Assembly (NCBI GenBank): GCA_028023455.1
Contig: JAQFVV010000001.1
Span: 7,006,001 to 7,070,000, forward strand
Source of the DNA: Epiperipatus broadwayi
Taxonomy: Eukaryota; Animalia; Onychophora
Length of the DNA stretch: 64,000 nucleotides
Direction: 5' to 3'
In this document: positions 1 through 12,698 of the stretch, piece after piece
Layout of the letters: the number at the start of each line of letters is the position of its first letter
Numbering within the stretch: position 1 is the first letter of the stretch
The notes under the pieces: generated by a model
The model's database searches: none
The model's input: only the letters and a program-made list of their open reading frames with translations
Told to the model about the DNA's origin: nothing
Made by a program: the position numbers and the translations under genes

Positions 1-1298
1 CAAGAATTTTTTTGAATAGATTGCTTTTACTCATAAAAGAATTGTTGCCAAAGACTCAATATGGTTTAGAGGCAAATGCAAAAAAAGTTTTTGGAATAAA
101 GGAGTGATTTATAAATAACTTTTATTAATTTAATCAAAATATTTGATTCAATTAATTGAATAGGTCTATGGCACTGTTTGAAATTAGTTGGCTATCTACC
201 AAAGTTTATTTATATTATGCCGATTTTACATTAGGTGGAGACATTTGAAATGAAAAGTGCTAAACAAAAATATGTACTACCTTTTGCTTTTATTTCAATA
301 ATCTTTGGAATTGTTTTAACCAGCTTCATAAATCAGAGATCAACATGTAATACAAGTCTGATATGAAACATTTAATGTGAATTGTTTAAAAACAACAATA
401 TTTTCTAGCTTTTGGATTTATAATGTGCTAATGATTGGGTTTATCTTTATTAATTCAAAAAATGATCTACAGAATTTAAATGTTTCGAGCATCTAAAGAT
501 TTTGGTAAACTCAAGATCTTTATCAACCAGTGATGAAAGAAAAATTTTAGTTTGGATAATTTGAACATATGAGCTAAGTTAAATATCTTAGTAATTTTTT
601 TAAATAGAAATGTGAACATAGATATTGAAATGCAGCACAGACTCCAATATGCTACTGCTTTTAACATATCAGATAGGGTATTAATTGCAGTGATATAACT
701 ACTATATTTAAATTATTTGTATATATGTTTGTGTAGAGCTATTATTTTATCTTATTTATCGTATGTAAAATGTGGACCCCTTATTGATATAATATAAAGG
801 CATAACAAAAATTATATTTAAGTATGCTTCATAAAAGTGAAAAAATTTGATGACCCTATAATAAGGCCAATCACTGTTCTTCTGCTTGCTGGATGTGATA
901 TACTTTAGATTCCATTATTATCAAACACAATGAATGAACAATACAAGATTATTTTATATTTAATATGAACAATATTGATGATTGCTTTCATTGGAAAAAT
1001 ATTGCTGAGGATAGAATGCAATGGAGATCAACTATTAAACATAATATTAATATCTTTCAAAAAAGAAGTTTGCTGAAAGAAAATTAAGTGATAGCACTGC
1101 AAAATATCAAATAAACAGAATAATAGTTAGCATATTCTGTATGTGAACATGTTTGCAATTCATAGATTTATATAGTCATTGCAAAATTAATTAGTAATTT
1201 ATTAAATTAGAAAGATCACAATTAGATTTTTGATGCTAATACATATATAATATTAAAAGTCTAAAACTAAACTAGTAAATAAAATAATTAAAATTACC

Positions 1299-1759
1299 CC
1301 AAATTCAAAATTAAACATGACTAGCCACAGAAAATAATCTCTATAACACATCCAATGGTTTTCTTGCTATAGCAGACTTCTCAAGTGCAAAGGACTAAAA
1401 CATATCAACAACCACATACCAACTATTTCCCACAATTCCCAATTACATCCAACACTCTCTTGATATTAAAAGAACTCTTAAGTTAACTGCTTCAGAATTA
1501 TAAATTTTTAATAATAAAGATTCCTTAATTCTTCTTTTGAAGAAGAATTAAAGAATTTTTACTATTAAAAATTTATGAAGAAGAATTAAGAAATCTTTAT
1601 TAAAAATGTATGATTCTGAACAAGGATGTGTGTGATGTAATTGGGAATTGTGGGAAATAGTATATATTTATTGATATGTTTTTAGCCCTTTGCACTTGAA
1701 AAGTTTGTGTTGTAGAATTTATTTTCTTTGAAAAAGCTAGGGTTTAATTTTGAATTTGG
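1299..1759. repeat. Fold-back (palindromic) repeat, family D, about 230-bp imperfect arms
   Basis: Left arm ccaaattcaaaattaaac...actatttcccacaattcccaattacatc is mirrored by gatgtaattgggaattgtgggaaatagt...gtttaattttgaatttgg; centre near 1525-1550 (ttaattcttc/gaagaattaa). Another copy of the arm lies at 13601-13841. Confidence 0.85.
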
Positions 1760-3761
1760 ACTAAATCACACTCCTCTCAGACTATGAATAAGTAATACTC
1801 TATTATGCATGAATAAAATGGATTCAAAGAGTGATATTTATTTATAGCCTGAGGGTAATGTGATTTATTCCATTAAATGCATATACATTAAGCTACGTTA
1901 ATTTAATGTTTGTAATATATATAATACACTCAATATATTGCACAATATTTTAATATGCATTCAATATAACTTCTATGTCAGAAACTTGAAATTAGCACTT
2001 ATATCATTAACAAGATATTTCATTTGTAAAAATTTGGACTATCTCTTCTATAATTTAGATGTATTCATCACTATGATTCTTCACCAAATTCAAGCAATGT
2101 TTATATATATATAAATATCTGATGTATTCTTAATCATAACCCAGAAATACTGGTGGGTATTTTCTTTTTTTACAAGTATGAATTCTACATTGATAACATA
2201 ATAAAAAAGCATGAATGAACTCTAAATATTACAAATAATAAACATTCCATTTAAATAATGTTATATTAATCACTAAATAATATTTATATGCTCAAATGTA
2301 TTTTATAGATAAATAATAGAAATAATATCCTTAAATCGCAATCAGCACTTATGTCATTAACACTTCATTTGGTTAATATAAATGTAAATTGTTTCTCTGG
2401 ATGAATCTGCTTTATCATCATCATGATTCCTCAATAAATCCATTATGTGTATTTGCACAATCAGCTGTCACAATTCTTATATATTATAACAGAGGGGAAA
2501 TTAGATAAATGGTTGTATGGAGATGTATGTTTTATTTATAATTGTTATACAATTGACATTATATGTAATGGAATCAAGTATGAGGAATATATATGTATGT
2601 GCCATGGATATCAATATGAAAATATTATTAAATGTTTTACTAAATTTAGATATCCTGATTTTTATTTTCATTTAATAATTAGGATGATGATGATGATGAA
2701 ATATAAATGTGACATCACAAATATAACTCTAAAAAGATGGTAAGGAGTATCTTACATAAGAGTATCTTACATAAGTAAAATTTATGGATTAAATTAATGA
2801 TTCCTGATTAACAAAATGTTAATACCCAACACTATTGAATTATATATTTCAAAATTAACAGTGCCAAAGTTTATGACTGCATTCACTAAAGATGAAGGAA
2901 TAAAATGTATAAAAACTATGATCAGAAATTATTAGTTACTAGAATGTACCAAAAGATTTTATGACGAATTGTAACCAAAAACATTAAATCATAATAGAAT
3001 AAATATCTAGAGAAACCATCACAGATCTGAATACTCCAGTGTCTATCAAAACCAAGGTTCCAGTTCAAGCAATTATTTCTGATGTGAATGCTGTGATGCC
3101 AAAATGGTAATGACATGTGTGCAAGAATTAGAAGCAAATCATGTAATTGAATGAATCATTATTAATTATTTCCTAATTGTCAGAAAAATATATTTGGCAA
3201 TTGTCCGACTACCTTCTCCCAATTGGCAAAACTATAATGATATGAAAAATTATAACATGATATTTTCAATTTAAGCATTTTAAAAACTAGGTTTCTCTTA
3301 TGTTTATCATTTAAGAATATAGTAATTACATAATTAATACATCTAATGTAAATACTGTTTTGAAACTTAAGAATGATTTTACACATCTTTTATGGCTTTC
3401 CCAATCATCTCATTTAAATACTAATGAGATGCTAGAGATAATTTTTGAATAATGAGAAAACAGACAATTTTCTCTACTGGCATCTGTCAGATAATTCAAG
3501 TACTTCTATTTACAGAGAATGATTTAAAATTCCTCTAAATACTTCCATTCCACATACAGCTCTAAAAATTCTTAATATAAATAGTAGGTAAAACTATCAC
3601 ATAAATTAATGTTATTTTGTAGGTATGTATATATAATTAAATCATAAAATACAATCAATGCTAACACCTATTGCTCACATTTGTTAATAAGATTATGTAA
3701 TAAAATTATTTAAATTTGAGTAAAGTGAACAAGAAATAACTATTAAATAAAAAAAAATTAC

Positions 3762-3891
3762 ATTTGCCATGTCACAAACAATAACATGTTCATTCAAAGC
3801 AGCTAAATCAAAGGAATACACCGTATTAGGTACAGATTGTGCGATCTTTGCATCACCACATCCAAAATCTGCTATTACTAATGATGATGGC
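3762..3891 (-). CDS. RRP8: RRP8 (nucleomethylin, rRNA methyltransferase) coding exon 3
   Basis: Minus strand ttttcag|G CCA... translates (R)[43 protein letters not shown]|gtaatt. This has the SAM-binding DFGCG motif and the SFDL and CDMA motifs of RRP8. Its phase matches the phase-2 donor at 13964. Confidence 0.95.
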
Positions 3892-4496
3892 CTGAAAAAA
3901 AAAAATCCAAATTTTTATTAAACAATTTGTTTAAATGGAAAATGTTAAAGAATGAAAAAATAATAAATCAGTGCAAAAATTTCTGCCCACATCTACTATT
4001 AATTTTTCATAATGAAAAGTGATAATTAAATAACTTTGTATATATTTTTTCAAATAAATTCTAAATTCTCTTTAACAAATATAAAATGTAAAGTTCTAAT
4101 GATAAAAATTATAAACATTTAAAAACATATTATTATTTATACAAAAGTATTTTAAAGACTTATATAAGAGTGGTCTTTTTCTATAATAAGCAGCAAGTAT
4201 ATCATTATGAAAAAATATTTAGGAATTATACAATAATTGCCTAAAATTTGATATCTGCTTTATTGTTATTCTATGGAAAGAATCACAAATAAATGAGAAA
4301 TATATTATTCAAAGAATAGAATGAATGCTATAAAAAAAATAAAAATTATCCTATGTAAAAGATAAATATTTGATAACAATAACCTTAAAATAGTAAATAT
4401 TATAGGATGTAACATAAAAATAAATAAGATATAAAAAAGCTTACATAAAATTATGTAATGTTTTGTGTAAAAAAAAAAAAGATTAATAAACTAAAC

Positions 4497-5552
4497 CAGC
4501 AGTCGGCAACCTTTTAGATATTGTGGACCACTAACATAATTTTTAAAGATATGAATTAATACGAGCATTGAGTATGATATACATATTTATTTATTTATAT
4601 ATTAATAATTTTAATTTTAACACAAAAATAATAATAAATAATAGTAATATATATTAAAAATTAGTGCAACATTTGCTGCTCTTGATTTAAAATTATTTTA
4701 CTAATTTTTGGCTCCAATGATGTCCTGCAACAAGTAAAGGAGCCTATTTCAAATCGAGAGCAATACTTGTTTTAATAGCTGTTACAGTTGAGAATGTTTT
4801 TCACACAAGTAGGTCATTGTGAATGGAGTCAGATTTATTAGTTATAAATATAAAAAAATACTTACCTGATTGTAATATTGAACTTAAAGTACAAAATAAA
4901 TTAGAATATTATATTAATATAATTATGTGTTTTCATTTTGAATTATATGAAAGTAAAAACTAAGTTTGTATTTATATGTTTTATAATTTGTTAAAGAATT
5001 ATGTTTTATTTTGTTTTTTGCTAATATATTGTTCATTTTATTTCATAAACATAAATGAATGTATAAATATGTATTTGTTATGTTTTATGTGTGTAATTTT
5101 CTAATTCGTACCTACAAAAATTATTTAAGATTAATAACGAATAGTATTTTATTCTTTAATAATTTTTATACATGTGTCTTCCTTTAAAATTCTTAATAAA
5201 ACTTTTGAATTTTAGTTCACGCAATTACCAAAGGTGTATAGTAGCCAAATTTGATGCCATCAATTGTACAGAATTCGGTATTGTTATTTTGTTACTTTTT
5301 CTATGCCGCTGACAGAGTAGGAGTTAATTAAATGCCTTTGAGGGAGATGTTTTGAAAGTCTTAGTAATATTTTATAACAAATCAATTAGCAATATAATGT
5401 TCTTGATTCTATTTTACATATAATAATACAGCTTAAAGAAAATTTATTTTTTATTTAAAAATTTTATTACATGAGCTTAGCAAATGTAAATAATTTCTGA
5501 ATTTCTTTGCGGACCATTAAAATTACAACATAGACCCGGTTGCTGACCACTG
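4497..5552. mobile_element. Non-autonomous hAT-like DNA transposon
   Basis: TIRs cagcagtcggcaacc / ggttgctgaccactg; 8-bp flanks aactaaac and aactagat (6/8 match); AT-rich non-coding interior. Confidence 0.8.
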
Positions 5553-6026
5553 AACTAGATAATATCACAAAAGAAAATGATGGTAAAGAAATTTAGCTGA
5601 TTAGTTAAATTAGAAGATTTGGGTAGAGTATATTAAGAGAAGACTATTTCAGAGTAAATTACCTCAATATGAAAAAGCCAAATAAATGGAGGAGGGTATT
5701 AATCAAATAAAAAAATATTCTGAAAAGTAATTCTATGAAATATGATCTTATCAAAATCAATCAATAAAAAATATAATATTAAATATTCACATAAGAATTT
5801 CAGAATAAAAATTAGATATGAAATAGTTCAATTATATCTTTAAGAAAAGAAAGTAGAATTTTTAAATAAAAAAAAAAATTATATTAAATGTAAAAAACAT
5901 TTAGCAATCAAAATTTAATGAATAAATTAAAGCAGATGAAAACTGAACATAAAAAAAAATTAAATGTTAATTATTATCATTATCAAAGTGTGAATAAGAT
6001 TAAATGCATAAGAAGACCATTTATAT

Positions 6027-6343
6027 CAGGGGTCGCCAACCCTATGCCCGCAGGCACCACGGCGCCCGCAGACCATTTTATGTGTGCCCGCCGCTATTCG
6101 AACACGATAAAAAATTATTTATCTGATACAAATAAATTTAATTTTTAAAATTTCTTATAAATTATTGTATTATATTGTAATCAAATGTTAAAATTTTATT
6201 TTGGAAATAAATATTTTTTTGTACATTATGTGTATTATTAACGGTATCCAACTATAAATTTACATTGAAAAAATAAATGGTGCCCGGCATTTGGCCAGTA
6301 TTATAGAATGTGCTCTTAAGTGCAAAAAGGTTGGGGACCGCTG
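6027..6343. mobile_element. hAT-like MITE with perfect 8-bp TSD
   Basis: TIRs caggggtcgccaacc / ggttggggaccgctg; identical 8-bp flanks atttatat at 6019-6026 and 6344-6351; GC-rich subterminal segments. Confidence 0.9.
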
Positions 6344-6376
6344 ATTTATATCATCAATTAGCGATAAAACAGAAAT

Positions 6377-6830
6377 TATAGGTCACCAAGCCACCTAGGA
6401 ACTTTGAAACAGATCACCCCAATCAGATTATGTTTTAGTATGCCTCAAAGACCACAAAGATTAAGATAGTAAAAATCTACTTGCTATTATCTGTGTATCT
6501 GGCATGGTATATAATACTAGACAGTAAATCCGTAAGTACTGTTCATTATAGTAACTTTTGTATATATATAATACCAGACAGTAAATCAATAACTATTGTT
6601 CATTTTAATAACTCTAATTATGTATATATAATACTAGACCATAATTAAATGAGTATTATTTGTAATTAACTGAATTATGTAAATATTCTATAATTAAATA
6701 GTGTAATAAGTACTTTGATTCACTGGTTTAGTGTTCTGTCAGCTATTATTCTACCGAAAATTAATTGCATTCTGACTCCTAAATAAAATAGCATTTTCTT
6801 ATAAGGGAATTAGGAACTAAGAATATTGCA
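6377..6830 (+). repeat. 5' LTR with internal ~60-bp tandem repeats (about 6505-6690)
   Basis: Colinear with 12274-12698 (ggtcaccaagcca...gaatattgca); followed by a PBS-like tggtga at 6836-6841. The start boundary is uncertain. Confidence 0.85.
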
Positions 6831-7199
6831 AATCTTGGTGATCATATTTCAAATCTAGCTATATGGGAAATTGATTTACTTAAAGTTTCAATCTAGATAT
6901 AGAACTTATATTGATCCAAGTACTGATTAAAAGTGCCATAAAGAAAACTGGCAGTGAAATTTTAATTTTGACAGTAAGCAACAAATGAAAAAATAAAATG
7001 TTGGTCAAATGTCAAATGACCATGGTACATAACTCAAATTGACAACCTTTTTACATTAAATGGAATAGAGGTCAATATATATAAGGTAGTGGCACTCATT
7101 CTTTTCAGGCAGTAAGATCATAGAAATAGTTAACAGATTAGACAAACCTGTGTTAATGGACAATGTTTTGTATGAAGAAATAATAAAAAAGCTAATTAA

Positions 7200-8036
7200 C
7201 TAATTTAATCTCTGACCGTCTCACTTCATAGCTCGTTTAAAATTAAGAAATAGGAAGCAAGTGAAGGGTGAGAACATTAAAGAGTATGATACAGCCCTTA
7301 GAGAAATGGCAAAAGATTGCGAGTATGATGATTTTATCAATAAAATGCTAATTGATCAGCTGTTTTAGGGTATGTTTGATAATGGACTTGGACAACAATC
7401 TTTAAGAGAGCCATATATAACATATGATATGGCTATTAAAAAAGGTATAGGTTATGAGCTGATATTAGAGCAAGCACATTTTAAAAAATAAAACAGATGA
7501 TAGTCTAAACACAGCAGTCTATAAACAAAAGACCAAAATATTAATCTGGAAAAATCAGTATATATAAAGAAGAATAAAGCCACTTGTTATTACTGTGAGA
7601 AAGTGGGAACAAAGCAAAAGATTGTAGATGGAAAAGGGAAAATGTATTAAATGTGGACTTAAAAGTCATTTGTCGCAGGTACATAGGTAAACTGATAAAG
7701 AGAACAGCTATGAAAAACCCATTGCAGATAAATAGGGGAAGCAAAATAGCTAACAGACAATGTGTCGAAAGTATGGAAATTACTAGGTTGAAGCAAATTA
7801 TGATAAAAGTACAAATCTGTAGTAAAAATATTAGCATGGAGATAAATAGTGGCTCAGGAATATCCATAATATCTGAAAAAGATTGGAATGCACTGTCAGC
7901 TAACTATGCTAATACCCCAAATGAGATGGCAACATTAAGGCTAAAGATGTTAGCAGAAATACACTTAAATTATTAGGTCATGTAAAAGCTCCAATAAAAT
8001 ATTGAGCAAAAATAGTTTACTTACCATTATATATAG
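7200..8036 (+). pseudogene. Gypsy gag and aspartic protease remnant
   Basis: RKQVKGENIKEYDTALREMAKDC (gag); degenerate CCHC knuckles (CYYC...; CIKCGLKSH); MEINSGSGISIISE (degenerate D[ST]G protease motif); LPLYI at 8021-8036 continues at 9064 as VNGNISLIIRREWF. Confidence 0.85.
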
Positions 8037-9055
8037 GAGTGTAGGTCAAACTTTCAGATGTTGAGGGCAACTTTTTTGGTGAAAATGTACCTGAGGGCAA
8101 CTACATTTTTTTTCAGGGCTTTGAACTAGAAACCAGAAAAAAATGTTATTTTTGCTGGAACGGAAAAAATAACGGTTCGAAGTCCTGGTTTTTTAGAATA
8201 TATTTACAAATTGTTTTTTTTTATAAGGGCTTTTTTATTAAATACCTACAAATATTGGTGACATTTTTAGGAGATACTTATGAACTGATAAATTTTTTTC
8301 TATAAGAAATGAACTGTCAGACATTTTACTGACTACTATTAAATTACTTCAATTCCCTCTATTATTACAATTTGTCCATGTCGCTTTATAAAATATTTAT
8401 TAAATTACAATTATTAAATTACCTATAAATAATTATTTTCTAGAGCTAATCCTGAATTTTAAAAAAAATTCAAAAAAATATAGAGAACAAAAAAAAATTG
8501 TTTTAAAATTGTCTTAAAATAAATTGGATGCAAATTTTACAAAAAAATTACAAAGTAAAAAAAATAATAATTTTTTTTTATTTTGATGACATTTGGCACT
8601 ACATAGTTTTGACAAGTTTTTTAAAATTTGAATCATATGAACTTAAACTAATTCTTAAACACAATTCCAAATGTAGATCCGATAATTGTGATCTGTTTTA
8701 AAATCAATTCATTAAAATCCTTGTTTCTCCAGGACAAGTTATTTTCATATCTCCTTGAGAAAATAGCAATTAAATATTTCTAAGAATTTTAGCTCTAGCA
8801 TTATACACAAGAATAATTTAATACTTTTCTGCTTTTTTCAACGTGAGTTTATTTTGGAGATTGACAATAGCAACGGGTGTTATTTTAAATTTAACTATTT
8901 TTAAACGAGAATAATTTTGAATTTTTACTTTTCTTATTTTTTATTACTTTTTATATTCAAATCAGCTCTGAATCTATCACTATAATTTGTCAATGTTCAC
9001 ATCAGCTTCGTGGTCAACTTCAGAGACCTTGCAGTTGACATCTTGAACACCCCTG
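8037..9055. mobile_element. Degenerate hAT-like non-autonomous element inserted in the Gypsy protease
   Basis: The right end ttgaacacccctg is a typical hAT terminus and the left end is eroded. 8-bp TSD atatatag (8029-8036) / acatatag (9056-9063). Removing the element restores the protease reading LPLYI-VNGN. Confidence 0.75.
8114..8187. mobile_element. 74-bp mini-MITE nested in the hAT-like element
   Basis: 13-bp imperfect TIRs cagggctttgaac / gttcgaagtcctg; no clear TSD. Confidence 0.6.
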
Positions 9056-9148
9056 ACATATAGTAAATGGAAACATTAGCCTTATAATCAGAAGAGAATG
9101 GTTTCATATGATGGGAATTCACATCAGTATTGTGAAAAAAATTAGAGC

Positions 9149-9660
9149 AAATTAGCAGAGCTCTTTATTTTTTATTTACAAGCTTAAAAATTAAATCATG
9201 TGATATATGACTGATTTTTTGTTGACTATTTATAGTCTTTGCTTTAAAGTCTTAAACAATGTTATATTGTTAAGGCTATTAATATATGGTTTGGCTGAAG
9301 ATTTTTCAGCCCCATATAGCTATTTGAGTTAGATAGCTGAGTTTGAAGACATTTAGGTGCCTACAAATTTCAGATTTTCTACTTAATAGTTAACTTTTAA
9401 CTTTTAGATAAATGCTGGCTTTGGCTTGGTATTTTTAGATCTAGTGACTGAAACTACCCTCACTGAGGAATGCCAAAGCATGAAACCATTGGTTTGAGAC
9501 TAAGTAGTGGTTTTCAAGATAGAGATTTTTAAATGCTTTGTTTAGATGGCATTTATCAATAAAGCTTGTTAAAGAAAATTAGCAGAACTCTTTATTTTTT
9601 ATTTGCAAGCTTAAAAATTGAGTCATGTGACATATGCTTTTGATTTTTTTGTTAAGTATT
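9149..9660 (+). mobile_element. Non-coding repeat, family C (about 1.2 monomers of ~428 bp) carrying a hammerhead motif
   Basis: Direct repeat aaattagcaga...catgtga...gattttttgtt at ~9149-9225 and ~9577-9655. A related copy lies at ~34095-34375 (shares tttcagattttctacttaata, gcttgttaa, catgtga). It sits where the early Gypsy RT sequence should be. Confidence 0.7.
9459..9498 (+). ncRNA. Minimal type I hammerhead ribozyme motif (family C)
   Basis: CTCA-CTGAGGA-ATGC(CAAA)GCAT-GAAAC-CATTG-GTT-TGAG: stem I CTCA/TGAG, intact CUGANGA and GAAA cores, perfect 4-bp stem II, near-palindromic short stem III, GUU cleavage triplet. Confidence 0.75.
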
Positions 9661-9664
9661 AGTC

Positions 9665-11465
9665 AGTCTTCACAAAACTAGACCTTAATCTCCACTTTCC
9701 ACTAAATACTACTTGCAAATAAATCAACAGAAATATTAATGTGAGCGACCCCTATTGGGTTATTTAAATGTAATCAGCTACCATTTGGGATTACTATAGC
9801 ATCGAATATTTTTCAAGCAAAAATTGATACTTTGCTACAAGGGTTAGAGAGCGTAATAAATTACTTTGACGACATTCTTATTTCAACTGATTCCAAAGAA
9901 CTGTAACGTCACAGACTGTTTAAAGTATGCAATAAATTAGAGAAATTCGATGTCAACTTAAATGTGCAGTTGGAATATAATGGAATTGCAGTTCCTAGTG
10001 CATATAATCTCAAACAAGGGTATTGTGAGCTGTGAAAAATGCAAGCAGGTCCAGAAATGTTAAAGAACTCCAAGCTTATTTAGGTCTGATAAATCATTTT
10101 GAATCTTTTTTGCAGAATAAAATGAAAGTAGCTAAACCATTGTACGAGTTATTAAAGAAAAATCAGAAATAGTTACAAATTCACAAAGAAGCATTTATAC
10201 AAACAAAAGCCCTTCTGTCGTCTGAAAAATTGTTAGTCCATTTCGATAATAATCTGGAAGTATAGTTATCAAGTGATGCTTCAGAATGGTGAGTGGGAGC
10301 AGTTATATGCCATCCCTGTTACAATGGAGAACAATCTATAGCTTACACATCTAGAAACCTTTTAAAAGTTGAGAGAAACTATAGCCAAATTGATAAAGAG
10401 ACTTTGGCTACTATGTTTGGTTTAGAAAATTTCATCAATACCTTTTTGGTCAGTTTTTCAAATAATGACCAATCACAAACCATTGTTCCAGATCATTTGA
10501 GCCCATGTATGTTGCAATGGAGAAATATACTATTAGCATACGATTATTAGCTAATATATAGAAAAAGGAAATTTCATAAGCTGATTCGTTGTTTAAAAAT
10601 CCAGATAAAGACAAACCACATAGTAATACAACAGAAATTAAGAAGATATTTTAGAGTCGAAAATCCTGAATAGCAATAAAGTTGTAAAATAGGCAAGGGC
10701 CAATAAAGATTACTAGCTACTTATAAGTTAGATAAGTAAAAACTAGCCAACTAAGAAACCTCAATAATTCCTGCTTTTTAGACGAATCATGAAATCAACA
10801 AAGGTTGTGTTCTGATGGAAGATAGATTTGCAATACCACCTGAGGGTAGACAAAAGGTCTTAAAGATGTTGCATGAAGGACATCTGGGCATTGTACATCC
10901 AAAAGCATTAGCATGCAGTTATGTTTGGTGGCCTAATAAAACAGATGATGTAGAGAAATATATAAAGAAATGCTTAATGTGTCAATCTGAAATGAATATG
11001 CAAACTAAAATGTATGTTGCATGGCTAAAGTAACTAAGTCTTGGCAAAGATTCTATTTGGACCATGCAGGACTCATCAGTGAAAAGATATAGATGCATAT
11101 TCTAAGTAAGAGAGAAACAATATAGAACCGGAATGAAATATTTTCATGTCATGGAATACAGGAAAAGTTTCCAATAATGGCATAGGTTTAACTGCACAAA
11201 CAATCAAGAACTATTTCATAAATAGAGGCATCAAACACTATCTGTGCAGCTTCTCATCAATTTGAATCGGATGGGTTAACAGAAAATGCTGTTCAACAAG
11301 TAAAAAGGGCTCTTAAGAAAATTAATAATGCCAATATGCAGGAAGCTTTGTACGTTGCAATGTTGCATCAGCATTCCGCACCATTGACAGTTACAGGAAA
11401 ATCTCCGGCCGAATTACTGATGGGCAGAAAATTGTGAACTAAATTATCAATGCTAATTCCAAAAC
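9665..11465 (+). pseudogene. Gypsy pol remnant: RT, RNase H, integrase
   Basis: VFTKLDL; PFGITIASNIFQ...YFDDIL (RT); SDAS...VGAVI...IAYTSRNLLKVERNYSQIDKETLA (RNase H); HEGHLG...WWP...CLMCQ (integrase HHCC); TGKSPAELLMGR (integrase core end). Confidence 0.9.
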
Positions 11466-12273
11466 TGGATGAACACTGGGAATGGGAATATGGTGATATC
11501 GAAGATAAATACGTATTAGATGAGAAAGTCGGGGTATGAGACTTGCTGAAAAAAAAATAGAAAGAAGGGATAATTACAAGTAAATTATCCAAGCAAATAA
11601 TAAAAGTGCAAACAGATAATGGTTCAGAATATCGAAGACATTTGAACCATGTTCACCGGCATCAAACAGAAGAAATAGAAGGTCCAAAACTAAATGGTAA
11701 CAGTGAAACAAATAACTCTGGGAAAAATAAGATGTATTACTTTTTCTGGGATTGAACATGATTCAGAATGAAAATCATAGTGAACCAGAGAAGATGGAAT
11801 CTGATAAAATGGCAAAAATCCAGCAAGAAATATCAGCAGAACAAATAGAAATATAGCCACAGATAGAGCATAGATCACAGAGACCCCTAAGACAAAGGCA
11901 AAAAAATTACAAGAATATATATATATAACATAAAGTAATTTATTTCTGGAGAAAGAGAAGGGATGAAATATATATTGAATTTATAGTTTCATTAAAATGT
12001 TATCTTAAAGGAAAGACCATTACCAAATGGATAACAAAAAAATTTAATTAATGTAAACTATAATTAATTTTGAAGTCGAAATGGAATTAATTAGACTGAG
12101 AATAAACTCACCACTGGAACTTTCCCATTGCTGAAATAGTCCAGAAATAATAAAAATGAAAAAGATAAAAGCTGAGGCAGAACAAAAAATGCTCACTTTT
12201 TCTTATTTTGAAAACCTGTAGAAACAGCAAAAGAAAATCAGTGGGGGACATCTTGTCCCAAGATCTTGACTTC

Positions 12274-12698
12274 TGTAGGTGACCAAGCCAACTAGGGACT
12301 TTGAAACAGATATGCCTCAAGGACTACAAAGATTAAAATAGATATATACTTGCTATTATCTGTGTATCTAAGGCGGTATATAATACTAGGCAGTAAATCA
12401 TTAAGTACTGCTCATTATAGTAACTTTTGTCTATACATAATAATAGACAGTAAATCAATAATTATTGTTCATTTTATTGACTCTAATTGTATATATATAA
12501 CGGTAGATTGTAATTAGATGAATACTGTTCATTATTAAATGAATTATGTAAATATTCTATAATTAAATAGTGTAATTATAAGCATTTGAGTTGCTAGTTT
12601 ATTGTGTCCTCCATTGTTTTATCAAAAATTAGTTGCATTTTTATTCCTAAATAAAATAGGGTTTTCTTATAATGGAATAAAGAGTTAAGAACATTGCA
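12274..12698 (+). repeat. 3' LTR
   Basis: Begins TGTA and ends TGCA; colinear with but visibly diverged from 6377-6830. A purine run at 11948-11963 suggests the true LTR may start further upstream. Confidence 0.85.

Larger units (their letters stand above)
6377..12698 (+). mobile_element. Decayed Ty3/Gypsy LTR retrotransposon inside RRP8 intron 2 (antisense to the host gene)
   Basis: Paired LTRs enclose gag, zinc-knuckle, protease, RT, RNase H and integrase remnants in Gypsy order; many stops and frameshifts; interrupted by nested insertions. Confidence 0.92.

Noticed and set aside
476-667. Minus-strand ORF as a possible RRP8 C-terminal exon
   Set aside because: It lacks the expected VPL...FCLSLMGTN and EVxSRF motifs; the remaining RRP8 exons probably lie outside the window.
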